64,000 nucleotides of DNA, taken from the NCBI GenBank assembly GCA_965221695.1, contig OZ244905.1, positions 288,001 through 352,000 of the forward strand. The letters are read 5' to 3'. Below the pieces are notes generated by a model, which was not told the DNA's origin, ran no database searches, and worked only from the letters and a program-made list of their open reading frames with translations. The DNA is from Gammaproteobacteria bacterium (GTDB lineage: Bacteria; Pseudomonadota; Gammaproteobacteria; Eutrophobiales; Eutrophobiaceae). The translations under genes were made by a program, and so were the position numbers. Of the stretch, positions 61,076 through 64,000 are shown in pieces; the first letter of the stretch is position 1, and every line of letters starts with the position of its first letter.

Positions 61076-62579
61076 AAGAATAAAGCACAAACCGCATCCT
61101 GGACAAAGCCCGACAGCAGAGGAAGCCGGTCGAGCTTTGATGTTCAAGCCAATCAAACTCGGGGCTCTCACCCTGGAGCAGCGCACCTGGGTGCCGGCGA
61201 TGGTGCCATGGCGCTCCAACGAGGACGGTTTCGTCACCGATGACGTGCTGGACTGGTATCAGCGTTTCGCTCAAGGACAACCAGGGGCCATCGTCATCGA
61301 GGCAACTGGCATTCGGGATATTCCCAGCGGGCCGTTGTTGCGTATCGGCGATGATCGATTTATACCGGGATTGAGGGAGCTGGTGGATGTAGTGAAATCA
61401 GCAAGCAACGGAAAAACCCGCCTGTTGATACAAGTGATCGACTTTCTGACTATACGCCGACGGCCGGATCCGGCTAAATATTTCTCCCGTTTTCTGGTTA
61501 TTACAGACCGTCACAGGGCAATACTGAACGCCCATGATTGGCCGGAAGAACGCGTTAGGACACACTTGGCCGAGTTGCAGGATGAGGAGCTTGACGGGAT
61601 TTTAACTGAAAGGGAACTGGAGACGCTGCGTATGGGATATCGGGAGCGGGTCACTGACCTGCATCTGCCTCATATCAGAAACCTACCCCAGACAATGCCT
61701 GAGCTGTTTGCCCAGGCCGCGCGGCGCGCGATGGAAGCAGGAATCGATGGCGTAGAACTCCATTACGCCCACGCCTACACAATGGCGTCATTTCTGTCCG
61801 CAACCAATTCCCGTAATGACGGTTACGGCGGCAACCGGGAACAACGCGCGCGCCTGCCCCTGAAAACCTTCCGACATGTGCGCAATATGGTTGGCTCCGA
61901 TTATTGTGTGGGCTGTCGCTTTCTTTCCGATGAATGCATCGAAGGAGGCAGTGACGTCGACGATGCCGTGTATTACGCGGTGGAATTTGCGCGGGCAGGC
62001 ATGGATTTTATTTCTCTCTCCCGGGGCGGCAAATTCGACGATGCCAAACAACCGCAAATTGGTTGGGCTGCCTATCCTTATACGGGGCGCAGCGGCTATG
62101 AATGCATGCCTGGCTACATCTCCGATAAAAAAGGTCCTTTTGGCAGAAACATTGAGCCGGTTGCCCGCATCAAACTAGCCATCAATAACGCGGGATATGC
62201 CACTCCCGTAGTCGTCATCGGCGGTTTGCACGGATTTCAACAGGCTGAGACGCTACTGCGCGAGGGAAAGGCGGATATTATCGGCGCCGCCCGTCAGAGC
62301 CTTGCCGACCCTGACTGGTATCTCAAGCTCAAGTTAGGCAAGGGCGACCAGATAAGAGTGTGCGAATATACCAATTACTGCGAAGGGCTGGATACAAAAC
62401 ACAAGCAGGTCACCTGCCAGTTATGGGACCGGTTGTATTTTAATGAGCCAGGGGTTAAATTATCGATTGACGGGCGCCGCCGGCTGCTCGCTCCTGAATG
62501 GGCAGACCTGCCTGATGCGCTTCCGAGCGCCCGGCAAGCGTCCGCAAAAGACGCGCCGGCAAAGACATTCGGCAAATAG
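61059..62579 (+). CDS. NADH:flavin oxidoreductase (Old Yellow Enzyme family)
   Basis: GVELHYAHAY, DGYGG..E.R.R, ARQSLADPDW and a C-terminal Cys cluster CEYTNYC...C. Confidence 0.88.
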   Translation: MWKPPERIKHKPHPGQSPTAEEAGRALMFKPIKLGALTLEQRTWVPAMVPWRSNEDGFVTDDVLDWYQRFAQGQPGAIVIEATGIRDIPSGPLLRIGDDRFIPGLRELVDVVKSASNGKTRLLIQVIDFLTIRRRPDPAKYFSRFLVITDRHRAILNAHDWPEERVRTHLAELQDEELDGILTERELETLRMGYRERVTDLHLPHIRNLPQTMPELFAQAARRAMEAGIDGVELHYAHAYTMASFLSATNSRNDGYGGNREQRARLPLKTFRHVRNMVGSDYCVGCRFLSDECIEGGSDVDDAVYYAVEFARAGMDFISLSRGGKFDDAKQPQIGWAAYPYTGRSGYECMPGYISDKKGPFGRNIEPVARIKLAINNAGYATPVVVIGGLHGFQQAETLLREGKADIIGAARQSLADPDWYLKLKLGKGDQIRVCEYTNYCEGLDTKHKQVTCQLWDRLYFNEPGVKLSIDGRRRLLAPEWADLPDALPSARQASAKDAPAKTFGK

Positions 62580-62589
62580 ATACCTGTGG

Positions 62590-63024
62590 TTAGCCCATCT
62601 GGCGTTCCTTTATTTCGTCCAGGGTTTTACAATCAATACACAGGGTTGCCGTCGGTCTTGCTTCAAGGCGTTGAATGCCGATCTCCCCACCGCAAACTTC
62701 GCAATAGCCGTAATCGCCTGCATCCAACATCATCAGCGATTCATTGATTTTTTTGATAAGTTTTCGCTCGCGATCACGCGTCCTTAGTTCGAGCGCAAAC
62801 TCCTCTTCCTGGGTGGCCCGATCGTTGGGATCGGGAAAGTTTGAGGCTTCGTCCTGCATATGATGCACGGTTCGCTCCACTTCCTCCATCAGAGCCTGCT
62901 TCCAATCAGTCAACATTTTGCGAAAGCGTTCAACCTGGGCTGGATTCATGTACTCTTCCGCCACAGTCTTGCCGCTCGTCTGTTTTGTCTTGGAGGATTT
63001 TTTCCCCGTTGCGACTTTTTTCAT
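62590..63024 (-). CDS. dksA: RNA polymerase-binding transcription factor DksA
   Basis: DPNDRA, LELRTRDRERKL and C4 zinc finger CEVC...CIDC. Confidence 0.97.
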   Translation of the reverse strand: MKKVATGKKSSKTKQTSGKTVAEEYMNPAQVERFRKMLTDWKQALMEEVERTVHHMQDEASNFPDPNDRATQEEEFALELRTRDRERKLIKKINESLMMLDAGDYGYCEVCGGEIGIQRLEARPTATLCIDCKTLDEIKERQMG

Positions 63025-63398
63025 CTTAGATTTACACCGAAATGCATTTCAACACATGCCCTTGGACGATACCACAAAGGTTCTGGGAAACTCTGAATCA
63101 AGCTATTTCCGCATTTGGCGCGGTACAGACTGCAGGCATATCAGAGCTTCTTCGTCATGTTCATTTGATATCATTCTGTATTTGATGTCAATGGAAATGC
63201 AAGCGCGTTCCGGCGACAGGCATTTTCCAATGTCAATGTTAGAGCCATGATTTGCATCTTGCCAGGGTGTCTGCGCGCAATGCGTATCCTATTCAAGGCA
63301 GCGTGGCCATTTCAGGGTAGCTGCCCTGTAATGTGGTTATGCGCTCTCCTCTGTATGCCACTTGTTTCCTGGCGCGTGAAAAGGTATGGTGATAACTC

Positions 63399-64000
63399 AT
63401 GCGGCTTCGCAAAATCAAACTCGCCGGCTTCAAGTCCTTTGTTGATCCTGTCACGCTGCAGGTATCCGATAATCTGGTCGGCATAGTCGGGCCGAACGGT
63501 TGTGGCAAGTCCAATATTATCGACGCAGTCATCTGGGTGATGGGTGAGAGTTCCGCCAAGCATCTGCGCGGTAATTCGTTGACGGACGTAATATTTAACG
63601 GATCCGGCGCCAGACACCCGGTCGGCCAGGCTTCGGTGGAGCTTGTGTTTGATAATTCTGACGGCAAACTGGGCGGTCCCTATGCCGGATATTCTGAGGT
63701 TTCCATCAAGCGGCAGTTGAGCAGGGATGCGATATCCACATATTTTCTCAATGGCACACGTTGCCGGCGCAAGGATATTCAGAGCATCTTCCTCGGAACC
63801 GGGATCGGGCCGCGCAGCTATTCGATCATTGAGCAGGGTGTGATATCCAGGTTGATCGAAGCCCGGCCTGAGGATTTGCGTGTATTTCTAGAAGAGGCGG
63901 CAGGCATATCAAAATTCAGAGAACGCCGTCGTGAAACAGAAAACCGGATCAAGCACACGCGCGAGAATATCAGCAGACTGACGGATATTCTGGAAGAACT
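63399..64000 (+). CDS. smc: Chromosome segregation protein SMC (5' part; runs off the window)
   Basis: Translated by hand: [17 protein letters not shown]...[28 protein letters not shown]...YSIIEQG. Confidence 0.96.
   Translation, partial: MRLRKIKLAGFKSFVDPVTLQVSDNLVGIVGPNGCGKSNIIDAVIWVMGESSAKHLRGNSLTDVIFNGSGARHPVGQASVELVFDNSDGKLGGPYAGYSEVSIKRQLSRDAISTYFLNGTRCRRKDIQSIFLGTGIGPRSYSIIEQGVISRLIEARPEDLRVFLEEAAGISKFRERRRETENRIKHTRENISRLTDILEE

Noticed and set aside
61059-62579. Assignment as dienoyl-CoA oxidase or 2,4-dienoyl-CoA reductase
   Set aside because: The protein is too short and lacks the FAD/NAD(P)H domain, so it is left at family level.
63025-63398. Small ORFs or sRNA between dksA and smc
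   Set aside because: No recognisable motifs; this is most simply a divergent promoter region with a short MITE-end-like sequence at about 63085.

Overview
Chromosomal window from a Gammaproteobacterium-like genome (rnr-rlmB, zapE, ssb/uvrA, rpsF-rpsR-rplI-dnaB-radA, leuCD, rplM-rpsI, dksA, smc). The housekeeping genes are interleaved with a rich set of N-heteroaromatic catabolic genes. The right half (about 36.9-62.6 kb) holds: a minimal, apparently lipoprotein-anchored TTQ amine dehydrogenase (AADH/MADH-like); two paralogous IadD-like Rieske oxygenase alpha subunits plus one beta subunit; an ActP-type symporter; a CoA ligase; a Cys-less thiolase/DUF35 pair; an AbmA-like 2-aminobenzoyl-CoA monooxygenase/reductase with its usual partner genes; and, apparently in one operon with those partners, a non-decarboxylating glutaryl-CoA dehydrogenase plus a complete Na+-pumping glutaconyl-CoA decarboxylase, normally a strict-anaerobe module. 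My leading hypothesis is a tryptamine/indole-3-acetate -> anthraniloyl-CoA -> glutaryl-CoA pathway coupled to Na+ energy conservation. Also present: an OxoO/CarAa-like Rieske oxygenase with a MES-like esterase, an orphan partner-switching trio, a ~152-bp multi-hairpin MITE family with an IHF-like core (3 long copies plus fragments), a REP-like tandem array and an S6:S18 leader. Family calls rest on motifs and recalled similarity; no database searches were run. No rRNA, tRNA or CRISPR array was seen.
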